Assembly: GCA_024692385.1 (NCBI GenBank)
Contig: JAILMS010000102.1
Coordinates: 1-51,370 of the forward strand
Source of the DNA: Prevotella sp.
Lineage (GTDB): Bacteria; Bacteroidota; Bacteroidia; Bacteroidales; Bacteroidaceae
Length of the DNA stretch: 51,370 nucleotides
Direction of reading: 5' to 3'
Part shown: positions 42,614-51,370 of the stretch, one piece after another
Position numbering within the stretch: position 1 is the stretch's first letter
How the letters are laid out: the number at the start of each line of letters is the position of its first letter
Program-made: the position numbers and the translations under genes
Notes under the pieces: generated by a model
What the model was told of the DNA's origin: nothing
Databases searched by the model: none
Seen by the model: only the letters and a program-made list of their open reading frames with translations

Positions 42614-43303
42614 TCATTTTGTGGCCGCATGACGTTTGGATGCTGGTCGGATAGCTGGTGGTGCCACAGTGTCTGTAGTTTCCGTTGATGCAGTATTTTT
42701 GTTTGTCTCCCCTTCTATATCCTCATTCACAAACGAGCCTTTAGAATTTGAGACCGTATAATGGTTCATGTTCTCATCACTTCGGAAATAGGTCCCTTCC
42801 AAGGTTCGATCAGGAGTCACCAGATGGGAATAAGCATAGGAATAGAACTCATGGGTGATACCATCCCAGAAAAGTTCCTCACTGTTATAAATCATGCCGT
42901 CAATAGTACGCACCTTGACCCTACCACGTAATTCCCACAAACGTTTTTGATCATAATACCATGCCGTATCAGCTTGGACATAAGCTTGTACACGGAATTT
43001 CTCATCGAACTTTTCAAAGAACACCCCTTTCATAAATTCCCACCTGGAAGGTTGCTTCGTGGTATTGACAACCCACCGCTCTGAGACTATACGATATTTG
43101 ATGACGCCAGAGTCACTAATCAGAGTATTCACTCCATAAGAAGTCATCATAGCCACAGAATCTTCTGGATTGACGGCAGGTGCTGTATGTTCATGCACTT
43201 CTGCACATGCCACAGAAAAGAGTATGGCGAACATAACAACTGCTCGCCTCAGTATTCGTGTAAGTGTTCTTCGGTATATCACTTCTATTAATTTACTTTC
43301 CAC
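42614..43303 (-). CDS. lptC: LPS export periplasmic protein LptC-like
   Basis: LISDSG..KY, ADTA.Y, LWELRGRV, SEELFWD; lipobox-like SVAC. The true start may be GTG 43282 or later. Confidence 0.8.
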   Translation of the reverse strand: MESKLIEVIYRRTLTRILRRAVVMFAILFSVACAEVHEHTAPAVNPEDSVAMMTSYGVNTLISDSGVIKYRIVSERWVVNTTKQPSRWEFMKGVFFEKFDEKFRVQAYVQADTAWYYDQKRLWELRGRVKVRTIDGMIYNSEELFWDGITHEFYSYAYSHLVTPDRTLEGTYFRSDENMNHYTVSNSKGSFVNEDIEGETNKNTASTETTDTVAPPAIRPASKRHAATK

Positions 43304-44568
43304 TTAGCGAACCAGCGTTCGTTGAATGTCAGACCGATATTGATTCGGAAAGTATTCTCCGTTATCATTCCCGTAGCAGACCTATGCACCCACTGGCCAC
43401 TGACATTCAGTACGGAACGGTTATTGTAGGAATTCTGAAGGGGTATTCCGAATCCTGCAGATATACTGAATTCCTTGGGACCATCCTGGCCATTAATATT
43501 ATAATATGGTGTAGTAAAGCCACCACCAACCTTATAGTGTACGCGTTTCAAATACTTACGTGACAGTGGGTCAGGAACATAGTCTGCTCCAACATTCACC
43601 TGATAGCGATTCTTTAACAGATCACTCTGCAAAGCATATTTGCCATCGTTCCCAATACCAGGAAAATCAACCGATCCCCAATTTTGCATCTTCACATCTG
43701 CATCGACAAGGAGACTATTACCATGCCTCCAAGCAGCACCTAACCCATAAGTCATAGGTAACGCCAGAGCATCTGTAACTGTCGAACTAGTACCCACAGC
43801 ATTGCTTACATTAGTCATCACACACGTAGCATCAGCTCCCAACTTATGGCCCACGCCTACTGTAGCGCCTACAGTCAGTAAATCTGACTTACTTAGAGGT
43901 TGTTGCCACTGCACGCCGAAGTCCAGTTTATAACTATTGACTGTAGCAGTATAGGAACGGGAGAGAGAGTTAATATATGTAGTGCTGCTACTTACCACAC
44001 TCTTATCCAACGATCCCCACAGGTAACCGATGTTCGCTCCAACGGAGAGAGCTTTCGTTACCTGCCATCCGGCACCTATAAAGACCTCATGGAGTCCACC
44101 ACTACCCTCATGAGTCTCTGTCACATTTCCGTTTGTCTTATCAAGTGTTGTTGTAACCGAGTATTTATAACCAATATTAGAAAAGGGAAGCAGACCAAAA
44201 GTCATACCGACATTCTTGAAAAGGCGAAAACTACCTACCACATATTCGAAACTGGCATTCTTACCATTCTTACTTTTTGTCACCCCATTGAAAGTTTCCT
44301 TGAAATGGGTCATCTGACCAGCTATTCCCATATCAAAGAGCATGGTCAGCGAGTCGACGCAAGCATAAGAGGCAGGGTTCTGTGTATTGATGATATTCCC
44401 TTGACGTACGCCCAGACTAGCACCATTCATTCCTCTGCTAAAACTCTGAGAACCATCAGAGAGGAGTCCCATGCCATGCTGACTATAAGGAGAATTCAGA
44501 CTCGTCTGTCCGAAAACGCTCACAGCAAGGGCCAGAGCCCAAATACCACATAAGATTCTTTTAACCAT
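43288..44568 (-). CDS. FadL-like outer-membrane beta-barrel protein
   Basis: NSPYSQHGMG, NPASY, GLLPFSNIGY, C-terminal TFNERWFAKWK; conserved position beside lptC. Confidence 0.8.
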   Translation of the reverse strand: MVKRILCGIWALALAVSVFGQTSLNSPYSQHGMGLLSDGSQSFSRGMNGASLGVRQGNIINTQNPASYACVDSLTMLFDMGIAGQMTHFKETFNGVTKSKNGKNASFEYVVGSFRLFKNVGMTFGLLPFSNIGYKYSVTTTLDKTNGNVTETHEGSGGLHEVFIGAGWQVTKALSVGANIGYLWGSLDKSVVSSSTTYINSLSRSYTATVNSYKLDFGVQWQQPLSKSDLLTVGATVGVGHKLGADATCVMTNVSNAVGTSSTVTDALALPMTYGLGAAWRHGNSLLVDADVKMQNWGSVDFPGIGNDGKYALQSDLLKNRYQVNVGADYVPDPLSRKYLKRVHYKVGGGFTTPYYNINGQDGPKEFSISAGFGIPLQNSYNNRSVLNVSGQWVHRSATGMITENTFRINIGLTFNERWFAKWKVN

Positions 44569-44590
44569 TACTTGATTTTTTATCAGCGTG

Positions 44591-44598
44591 CAAAATTA
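44591..44598 (-). promoter_or_regulatory. -7 box for the FadL-like/lptC/corC operon
   Basis: Minus strand TAATTTTGCA. Confidence 0.65.
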
Positions 44599-44643
44599 TT
44601 AAAAAAAATCGAACTAATCGCACTGAAAGTGGAAAATATAGCG

Positions 44644-44651
44644 TAATTTTG
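44644..44651 (+). promoter_or_regulatory. -7 box for the lnb operon
   Basis: TAATTTTGCA ending 4 nt before the GTG start. Confidence 0.6.
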
Positions 44652-44655
44652 CATC

Positions 44656-45831
44656 GTGAAACAATTAGAAATCTTTTTTAGGACATTTTGGCTGGCGTGC
44701 TTTCTCCTCTCAGTCTCATCACGTATCCAGGCTGCTGATCCGTACGTCAGTGCGATGGACAGCATTGAAATCAGCCTCATCACCTGTTCTCCCCACGAAG
44801 AAATATATAGCCTTTACGGACACACTGCCATCAGATACCATGATCTGCGTAATGGACAGGACCTGGTGTTCAACTACGGTGTTTTCAATTTCAAAGCTCC
44901 CCATTTCGTCACACGATTCATTTTCGGAAAGACCGACTACGAGTTAGGAGTCATCCCCATGGAACCTTTCTGCAAGGAATACAAGCGTTGGGGCAGCGCC
45001 GTATACGAACAGCAACTGAATCTAACTGCTGAAGAGAAAATGCGTATACAGCTGGCTCTATCGCTGAACCTACGTCCTGAGAACCGTGTCTATCGCTATA
45101 ACTTTTTTTACGACAACTGCTCTACTCGTCCTCGTGACATTATCGAAAACAATCTCAAAGGAGAGCTGATCCCTGCTCCACAACAGGATGAACGGCCATC
45201 TTATCGTGAAATGATTCACGAGTTGAACAATCACCATCCCTGGTCATCCTTTGGCATAGACCTACTGTTAGGAGTTCGGGCAGACCTTCAGACTGACTAC
45301 CGCCAACAGGAATTCCTACCCCTTATTCTAATGCATCACTATGATCATACTCAGGTGTATGCTAATGGGGAATACCGACCTCTTGTCAGCAAACGACATA
45401 CATTGGTAGAAAGTGGCGTTCAGCGCATTGAAAAAGAGTTTCCCCTTTCCCCTACTTTCTGTGCAATTCTTTTATTGGCTATCACAATAATCATTTCCAT
45501 ATTCGACTGGAAACGAAGAAGTTGTAGTATATTATTTGATGTTTTACTTATGCTCTCATCAGGATTGACTGGCTGTCTGCTTTTCATCATGATTTTCTCC
45601 GAGCATCCTGCTACGAGCATCAATCTCCAACTGCTTATATTCAACCCATTATCGCTCTTTTTCATACCTGCTGTCGTCAGACGAAAGCCCACCCGTTATT
45701 GGCAAATCCTTTCTGTATGCATCATACTCTTCTATCTTGGAGCCTTTCTTCAAGATTATGCAGAGGGTATGGAAATTGTGGCATTATGTTTGTTAATTCG
45801 TCTCTGGATACATTATAAAAATGACAAATAA
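44656..45831 (+). CDS. lnb: DUF4105 protein, Bacteroidota lipoprotein N-acyltransferase Lnb-like
   Basis: SLITCSP, YGHTAIR, FNYGVF, YRYNFFYDNCSTR (His/Cys); C-terminal TM helices; upstream of a phosphatase-like gene and secA. Confidence 0.8.
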   Translation: MKQLEIFFRTFWLACFLLSVSSRIQAADPYVSAMDSIEISLITCSPHEEIYSLYGHTAIRYHDLRNGQDLVFNYGVFNFKAPHFVTRFIFGKTDYELGVIPMEPFCKEYKRWGSAVYEQQLNLTAEEKMRIQLALSLNLRPENRVYRYNFFYDNCSTRPRDIIENNLKGELIPAPQQDERPSYREMIHELNNHHPWSSFGIDLLLGVRADLQTDYRQQEFLPLILMHHYDHTQVYANGEYRPLVSKRHTLVESGVQRIEKEFPLSPTFCAILLLAITIIISIFDWKRRSCSILFDVLLMLSSGLTGCLLFIMIFSEHPATSINLQLLIFNPLSLFFIPAVVRRKPTRYWQILSVCIILFYLGAFLQDYAEGMEIVALCLLIRLWIHYKNDK

Positions 45832-47395
45832 ATATTTATACCTTACCCTGCTTGCTGTTTTAGGCTTTAAGGCAGAAGTATCATCGCAAGAACTGCGTAA
45901 CGCTCCACGTTTAGTGGTCAACATTACTATCGACCAGCTACGCAGCGACTACCTTGAGGCTTTCATGCCTTTGTATTCAGACAAAGGTTTCAAACGGTTT
46001 ATTGAGCAAGGAATCGTCTATTCGAATGCCTCCTATCCTTTCACTCCTATCGATAGAGCTTCAGCCATCGCTTCACTGACCACCGGAGTCACACCTTATT
46101 ATAATAATATAATAGGTGAACGTTGGCTGCAGCGTGAAACCCTACGCCCCATCAACTGTGTGGATGACAAAGACTACGCTGGCCTGAACACCAAAGAAAG
46201 CAGTTCGCCTAAGCGAATGCACACTTCCACACTGGGTGACGAACTGAAGGTGGCTACAGCCGGACGAAGCATTGTCTATGCTATAGCACCCTTCCGTGAC
46301 GCTGCCGTCCTCTCAGCTGGTCATGCCTCAGACGGTGCTTTCTGGCTTGACGATTTCACAGGCGAGTGGTGTTCCTCAAGCTACTATTTCTCGTCATTCC
46401 CTTCCTGGATACAAGCCTACAACACCTTAGAGGCCCCCAGTAAGAAATTGCCCAAGACAACATGGCAGCCCGTCAACGACCTTGTCGGAAACTTCTGCTA
46501 TTTCATGCAGTCAGGCATCCAAAAGCCTTTCGATCATTCTTTCAAAGGTCTCGAGAATTATAAATCCTATAAGACGAGTGCCCTTATCAACGAAGAGATC
46601 ACAAGCCTGGCTCAGCAGTGTGCCGTGAGTTGCGGCATGGGCAACGACCGCGTTACCGACCTGATTAGTCTGACCTATTATGGAGGCACCTTCAACCATC
46701 AGCAAGTGACAGATTGTCAGGTAGAACTTCAGGACACCTATGTACGTCTGGATCATGAAATCGGTCAACTAATCAGCTTCTTTGAGGAGCGTTTTGGCAA
46801 AGAAAATATCCTGGTAGTGCTTACCAGCACGGGCTATGAGAACGAGGAGCCTGCCGACTATGAGAAATACCGTATTCCTTCAGGAACTTTTTATCTGAGT
46901 CGCTCAGCCAATCTGCTGAACATGTACCTGGGAGCCATCTGGGGCCAAGGAAAATATGTAGAAGCCTATTTCCGCAATCAGATTTATCTGAACCACAAGC
47001 TGTTAGAGACCAAGAAGATCAGTATAGCAGAAGCCACCAGCCGTTCACAGGAGATTCTCGTCATGATGTCAGGCGTTCAGAATGTATACACCTCACTGCA
47101 ACTCCTTACAGACAACAATGAGCACTTGCGAAAGATCAGAAACGGCTTCAATGCTGAGCTTTGCGGCGATCTGGTCATCGAGACAGCACCAGGATGGAAA
47201 CTGATGAACGAAGACACTCAGGAGAGTGAGACCCAACGTGTAGCCTTCATCCCCTTCCCCATCATCTTTTATGGTGGAGGCATCCAGGCTGAAAAGATCC
47301 ATATTCCTGTCACTACCGATCGTATTGCGCCCACCATTGCCAAGGCGATCCGTATCAGGGCACCCAATGCGTGTGCTGTAGCACCTCTTTTTTAG
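45821..47395 (+). CDS. Alkaline phosphatase superfamily protein (PafA-like, catalytic motifs degenerate)
   Basis: PRLVVNITIDQLRSDYL, TLGDELK, AVLSAGH, DTYVRLD, IAPTIA. Confidence 0.85.
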   Translation: MTNKYLYLTLLAVLGFKAEVSSQELRNAPRLVVNITIDQLRSDYLEAFMPLYSDKGFKRFIEQGIVYSNASYPFTPIDRASAIASLTTGVTPYYNNIIGERWLQRETLRPINCVDDKDYAGLNTKESSSPKRMHTSTLGDELKVATAGRSIVYAIAPFRDAAVLSAGHASDGAFWLDDFTGEWCSSSYYFSSFPSWIQAYNTLEAPSKKLPKTTWQPVNDLVGNFCYFMQSGIQKPFDHSFKGLENYKSYKTSALINEEITSLAQQCAVSCGMGNDRVTDLISLTYYGGTFNHQQVTDCQVELQDTYVRLDHEIGQLISFFEERFGKENILVVLTSTGYENEEPADYEKYRIPSGTFYLSRSANLLNMYLGAIWGQGKYVEAYFRNQIYLNHKLLETKKISIAEATSRSQEILVMMSGVQNVYTSLQLLTDNNEHLRKIRNGFNAELCGDLVIETAPGWKLMNEDTQESETQRVAFIPFPIIFYGGGIQAEKIHIPVTTDRIAPTIAKAIRIRAPNACAVAPLF

Positions 47396-47426
47396 CACAT
47401 TCTTCTTATTTCTGCAAAAAAAGAAG

Positions 47427-47434
47427 TAACTTTG
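47427..47434 (+). promoter_or_regulatory. -7 box for secA
   Basis: TAACTTTGCA 45 nt upstream of the ATG. Confidence 0.7.
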
Positions 47435-47479
47435 CACGCGAATTTACCCTAATAGGAATATAAGAAACAAAATATAACA

Positions 47480-50400
47480 ATGAATTTCAATAAGATTTTA
47501 AAAGCATTATTCGGCGACAAGTCGACACGCGACATGAAACTCATCCAGCCTTTCGTGGAAAAAGTAAAGGCTGCCTATCCTGCTGTTACCAAGCTCAGTA
47601 ACGACGAGCTTCGTGAGCGTACGCAGGAGATCCGCCGACAAGTACAGGCATCAGCAAAAGAGCAGAAAGACGAGATTGAGAAGCTGAAAGGTACGATCGA
47701 GGCAACTCCACTTGACGAGCGTGCTGACATCTTCGCCAAGATCGACAAACTGGAGAAAGAAGCCCTTGAGATCTACGAAAAAGCTCTCGACCAGGTAATG
47801 CCTGAGGTCTTTGCCATTGTCAAGGACACGGCCCGTCGCTTCGCTGAGAACGAAGAAACGATTGTCACCGCTACGGATTTCGACCGTGAGCTGGCTGGCG
47901 ATCCTCGAAAAGATTTTATCACCATCGACGGCGATAAAGCTATCTATCATAATCACTGGACAGCAGGAGGTAATGACCTGAAATGGGAGATGATCCATTA
48001 TGATGTTCAGCTCTTTGGTGGCACAGTGCTTCATCAGGGAAAGATTGCCGAGATGGCCACTGGTGAGGGTAAGACCCTCGTTGCTACCCTCCCCGTCTTC
48101 CTGAATGCCCTGACAGGCAATGGTGTTCACGTCGTCACCGTCAACGACTATCTGGCCAAGCGTGACTCCGAGTGGATGGGACCACTCTATATGTTCCATG
48201 GACTGTCTGTCGACTGTATCGATAAGCACCAGCCCAACTCCGAAGCCCGTCGTCAGGCTTATCTCGCAGATATCACCTTTGGAACGAACAACGAGTTCGG
48301 CTTCGACTATCTGCGTGATAACATGGCTATCTCGCCAGCCGATCTGGTGCAGCGAGCCCACAACTATGCCATTGTCGATGAGGTCGACTCCGTGTTGATC
48401 GATGATGCCCGTACCCCTCTGATCATCAGTGGTCCTGTTCCTAAGGGCGATGTACAGATGTTCGAGGAATACCAGCCACTCGTAGAGAGACTTGTTGGCG
48501 TACAACGCCAGTTGGCTACGCAGTATCTCGCTGATGCCAAGCAGAAAATCTCTGAAGGGCAGAAGCTCAGCGAGAGTGGTGACAAGAAAGGAGCTCAGGA
48601 TCTGCTCGATGAAGGTTTCCTGGCTCTCTACCGTTCCCATAAGGCGTTACCCAAGAACAAACCCCTCATCAAATATCTCTCCGAGGAAGGTATCAAGTCA
48701 GGCATGCTGAAGACCGAGGAGATCTACATGGAGAACAACAACCGCAGGATGCCTGAGGCTGTAGAGCCCCTCTTCTTCGTCGTCGACGAGAAACTGAACT
48801 CCTGTGACCTGACCGATAAAGGTACAGCATGGCTTGCCAAACAGGTAAACGATGCCGAGCTCTTCGTGCTTCCTGATATCGCTGCCCAGCTCTCTGCCCT
48901 CGAAGGCGATGCGAGCCTCTCTGACGAAGAACGTGTCGAGAAGAAAGACGAGATGATGGCTCACTATGCTGTTCAGAGCGAGCGTGTGCATACCCTTCAG
49001 CAGCTGTTGAAGGCTTACTGCATGTTCAACAAGGACGACGAGTATGTTGTCATCGATGGTGAGGTGAAGATTGTCGACGAGCAGACAGGCCGTATCATGG
49101 AAGGTCGTCGTTGGAGTGATGGTCTCCACCAGGCTGTCGAGGCCAAGGAGCACGTAAAGGTAGAGGCAGCTACCCAGACCTTTGCTACCATCACCCTGCA
49201 GAACTATTTCCGTATGTACCACAAGCTGGCAGGTATGACGGGTACCGCTTCTACTGAGGCTGGTGAGTTTTGGGATATCTACAAACTCGATGTGGTGGAG
49301 ATTCCCACCAATAAGCCCGTCATCCGTGACGACATGGACGACCGTGTCTACAAGACCGCTCGCGAGAAATACAAGGCTGTGATTGAAGAGGTGGTGAAGA
49401 TGCGTAACGCTGGACGCCCTACCCTGATAGGTACTACGTCAGTGGAGATTTCTGAGCTCCTCTCCCGTATGCTCGACATGTATGTCGACCCAGAGACAGG
49501 ACGCCGTGAGGGTATCCCCCACCAAGTGCTGAACGCAAAACTGCACCAGAAGGAGGCTGACATTGTAGCTCTGGCTGGTCAACAGGACAGCAACGGCAAA
49601 GGAGCTGTTACCATTGCCACCAACATGGCTGGCCGTGGTACCGATATCAAGCTCTCACCAGAGGTAAAAGCTGCCGGTGGTCTGGCCATCATCGGTACAG
49701 AACGTCATGAGAGCCGTCGTGTAGACCGTCAGTTACGTGGACGTGCCGGTCGTCAAGGTGACCCAGGTTCCTCTGTCTTCTATGTCTCCCTCGAAGATAA
49801 GCTGATGCGTCTGTTCGCCAGTGAGCGTATCGCCTCTGTGATGGACCGTTTAGGTTTCAAGGAGGGTGAGATGATTGAGAGTCCCATGATCTCAAAGAGC
49901 ATCGAGCGTGCTCAGAAGAAGGTCGAAGAGAACCACTTCGGTGTCCGTAAGCGTCTGCTGGAATATGATGACGTGATGAACAAGCAGCGTAAGGTTATCT
50001 ATGAGAAACGTCGTCATGCCCTGATGGGAGAGCGTATCGGCATGGATATTGCCAACGTCATCTGGGACCGTGTATCACGAGTCATCGAAGACAACGACTA
50101 CACAGGCTGCAAAGAAGAGTTTATCCGTCTGTTCGCCATGGAGGTGCCCTTCACTGAGGAGCAGTTCCTGGACACACGGAAGCGTGAGGACCTGATGGAA
50201 GATACCTTCCAGAAAGCACTGGCAAACTTCAACCGTAAGGCTGACCGCATCCAGGAGGTAGCCATGCCTGTCATCAAGAGAGTCTACGAAGAGCAAGGTC
50301 AGATGTACGAGCGTATTGTCGTTCCTATCACTGATGGTCGTCATATGTACAACATCGCCTGCAATCTGAAAGAGGCCTACGATACCGAGTGTAAGTCTGT

Positions 50401-50866
50401 TGTCAAGCAGTTTGAGAAACAGACCCTTCTCCATATCATTGACGAAGCATGGAAGGAGAATCTCCGTGAGCTCGATGAACTGCGCCACTCCGTCCAGAAC
50501 GCCAGCTACGAACAGAAAGATCCGTTGCTCATCTTCAAACTCGAGAGTGTGAAACTGTTCGATGAGATGGTGAACACCATGAACAATCGTACCGTGAGCA
50601 TCCTGAACCGTGCCGCTATCCCTGAGATGCAGCAAGTACAAGAAGCTGCTCCAGAAGAGCATACCGACCGTCGTCAGTACCAGGAGAACAAGCAGACAGA
50701 GGAGAGCCTCGTTGACGAGGGCCAGCGTCGGGCAGCCCAGAACGACACGCGCGCCCAGCAGCCTCGTACTCCTATCGTCCGAGACAAACTTCCTGGACGA
50801 AATGATCCCTGTCCTTGTGGCAGTGGTAAAAAGTTCAAGAACTGCCACGGAAAAGGACTTGTGTAA
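47480..50866 (+). CDS. secA: Preprotein translocase ATPase SecA
   Basis: [45 protein letters not shown] motif [13 protein letters not shown]. Confidence 0.98.
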   Translation: MNFNKILKALFGDKSTRDMKLIQPFVEKVKAAYPAVTKLSNDELRERTQEIRRQVQASAKEQKDEIEKLKGTIEATPLDERADIFAKIDKLEKEALEIYEKALDQVMPEVFAIVKDTARRFAENEETIVTATDFDRELAGDPRKDFITIDGDKAIYHNHWTAGGNDLKWEMIHYDVQLFGGTVLHQGKIAEMATGEGKTLVATLPVFLNALTGNGVHVVTVNDYLAKRDSEWMGPLYMFHGLSVDCIDKHQPNSEARRQAYLADITFGTNNEFGFDYLRDNMAISPADLVQRAHNYAIVDEVDSVLIDDARTPLIISGPVPKGDVQMFEEYQPLVERLVGVQRQLATQYLADAKQKISEGQKLSESGDKKGAQDLLDEGFLALYRSHKALPKNKPLIKYLSEEGIKSGMLKTEEIYMENNNRRMPEAVEPLFFVVDEKLNSCDLTDKGTAWLAKQVNDAELFVLPDIAAQLSALEGDASLSDEERVEKKDEMMAHYAVQSERVHTLQQLLKAYCMFNKDDEYVVIDGEVKIVDEQTGRIMEGRRWSDGLHQAVEAKEHVKVEAATQTFATITLQNYFRMYHKLAGMTGTASTEAGEFWDIYKLDVVEIPTNKPVIRDDMDDRVYKTAREKYKAVIEEVVKMRNAGRPTLIGTTSVEISELLSRMLDMYVDPETGRREGIPHQVLNAKLHQKEADIVALAGQQDSNGKGAVTIATNMAGRGTDIKLSPEVKAAGGLAIIGTERHESRRVDRQLRGRAGRQGDPGSSVFYVSLEDKLMRLFASERIASVMDRLGFKEGEMIESPMISKSIERAQKKVEENHFGVRKRLLEYDDVMNKQRKVIYEKRRHALMGERIGMDIANVIWDRVSRVIEDNDYTGCKEEFIRLFAMEVPFTEEQFLDTRKREDLMEDTFQKALANFNRKADRIQEVAMPVIKRVYEEQGQMYERIVVPITDGRHMYNIACNLKEAYDTECKSVVKQFEKQTLLHIIDEAWKENLRELDELRHSVQNASYEQKDPLLIFKLESVKLFDEMVNTMNNRTVSILNRAAIPEMQQVQEAAPEEHTDRRQYQENKQTEESLVDEGQRRAAQNDTRAQQPRTPIVRDKLPGRNDPCPCGSGKKFKNCHGKGLV

Positions 50867-50963
50867 GGATAGATGACAGCTACTCAGAAGACGGGAAAAG
50901 CGACAAAGATAATAAAAATCTAAAAAAGTTCGCTCAAAATTTTCGTATCTGACTGAAAAACAG

Positions 50964-50971
50964 TATCTTTG
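50964..50971 (+). promoter_or_regulatory. -7 box for the HU gene
   Basis: TATCTTTGCA 43 nt upstream of the ATG. Confidence 0.7.
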
Positions 50972-51014
50972 CAGTCCGAAAATCAAAACATTGTAATTTT
51001 AAAGATCATTTCAA

Positions 51015-51302
51015 ATGACGAAAGCAGAAATAGTCAATCGCATCGCTGATCAGACTGGCATGAATAAGAGAGAGATTGCCATCACCGTCGAAGCGTTTAT
51101 GGAAGAGATCCGCAATAGTCTTGCAAACAACAAAGAGAACGTCTATCTGCGTGGTTTCGGTAGTTTCATTGTAAAGCATAGAGCTCAGAAGACTGCTCGT
51201 AATATCTCTAAGAACACCACACTGGTTATCGCTGCCCACGACCTCCCAGCCTTCAAACCGGCAAAGAGTTTTATTGAGCGCATGGATAACGCAGAGATGT
51301 AA
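51015..51302 (+). CDS. HU/IHF family DNA-binding protein
   Basis: MTKAEIV, VYLRGFGSF, ARNI, PAFKPAK. Confidence 0.95.
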   Translation: MTKAEIVNRIADQTGMNKREIAITVEAFMEEIRNSLANNKENVYLRGFGSFIVKHRAQKTARNISKNTTLVIAAHDLPAFKPAKSFIERMDNAEM

Positions 51303-51350
51303 GAAGACAAAGCTCATTCATAATCATTTACACAAATAAATTTTCATATT

Positions 51351-51370
51351 ATGCCTAACGGAAAGAAGAA
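51351..51370 (+). CDS. 5' end of a small basic protein, probably bS22 (AURKAIP1/COX24-domain family); truncated by the window edge
   Basis: atg cct aac gga aag aag aa = MPNGKK..., matching the N-terminus I recall for this ~30-aa Bacteroidota protein; A/T-rich leader. Confidence 0.6.

Noticed and set aside
47651-50986. Long antisense ORFs (329, 174 and 303 aa) opposite secA, and similar ones opposite mutB, susD and others
   Set aside because: Shadow ORFs expected from codon bias in the sense genes; no recognisable motifs.
1-51370. Prophage, IS, integron, defence, toxin or RNA genes
   Set aside because: No integrase, transposase, reverse transcriptase, nuclease, tRNA or rRNA signature was recognised; nearly all sequence is accounted for by metabolic and envelope genes.

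Overview
This is a gene-dense chromosomal window from a Bacteroidota bacterium, most likely a rumen or gut Prevotellaceae member. The assignment is inferred from TAnnTTTG promoters, A-rich leaders without Shine-Dalgarno motifs, a SusC/SusD pair and the gene set. In order it carries gpx-trxB, a reduced HTCS-derived AraC regulator, a sodium:solute symporter, trpB2, a Gly-tailed outer-membrane barrel, aroB and a DUF4890-like protein. Next come a complete beta-1,3-glucan-type polysaccharide utilisation locus (SusC, SusD, multi-CBM lipoprotein, GH16, GH3, DUF6377-type regulator), a P-loop/CYTH fusion coupled to a histidine acid phosphatase, two S9 peptidases, methylmalonyl-CoA mutase subunits, a GH105/88-DUF4861 fusion and ridA. 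It ends with the envelope cluster (ppiD-like, CorC/HlyC, lptC, FadL-like, lnb, PafA-like, secA), HU and the first codons of a probable tiny basic ribosomal protein. I saw no rRNA, tRNA, CRISPR array, transposase or integrase. The most interesting unexplained signals are: (1) a promoter- and terminator-bounded ~150-nt candidate sRNA divergent from a membrane-tethered, kinase-degenerate AraC regulator; (2) pervasive 7-, 8- and 9-nt tandem repeat tracts, some in inverted pairs, between promoters and inside proteins; (3) a palindromic element that appears to duplicate a -7 promoter box; (4) a shared ECF-like promoter upstream of two RGG-tailed exported proteins; and (5) the TTD14-like P-loop/CYTH plus phosphatase pair. 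All product calls come from reading motifs by eye; no database searches were run.
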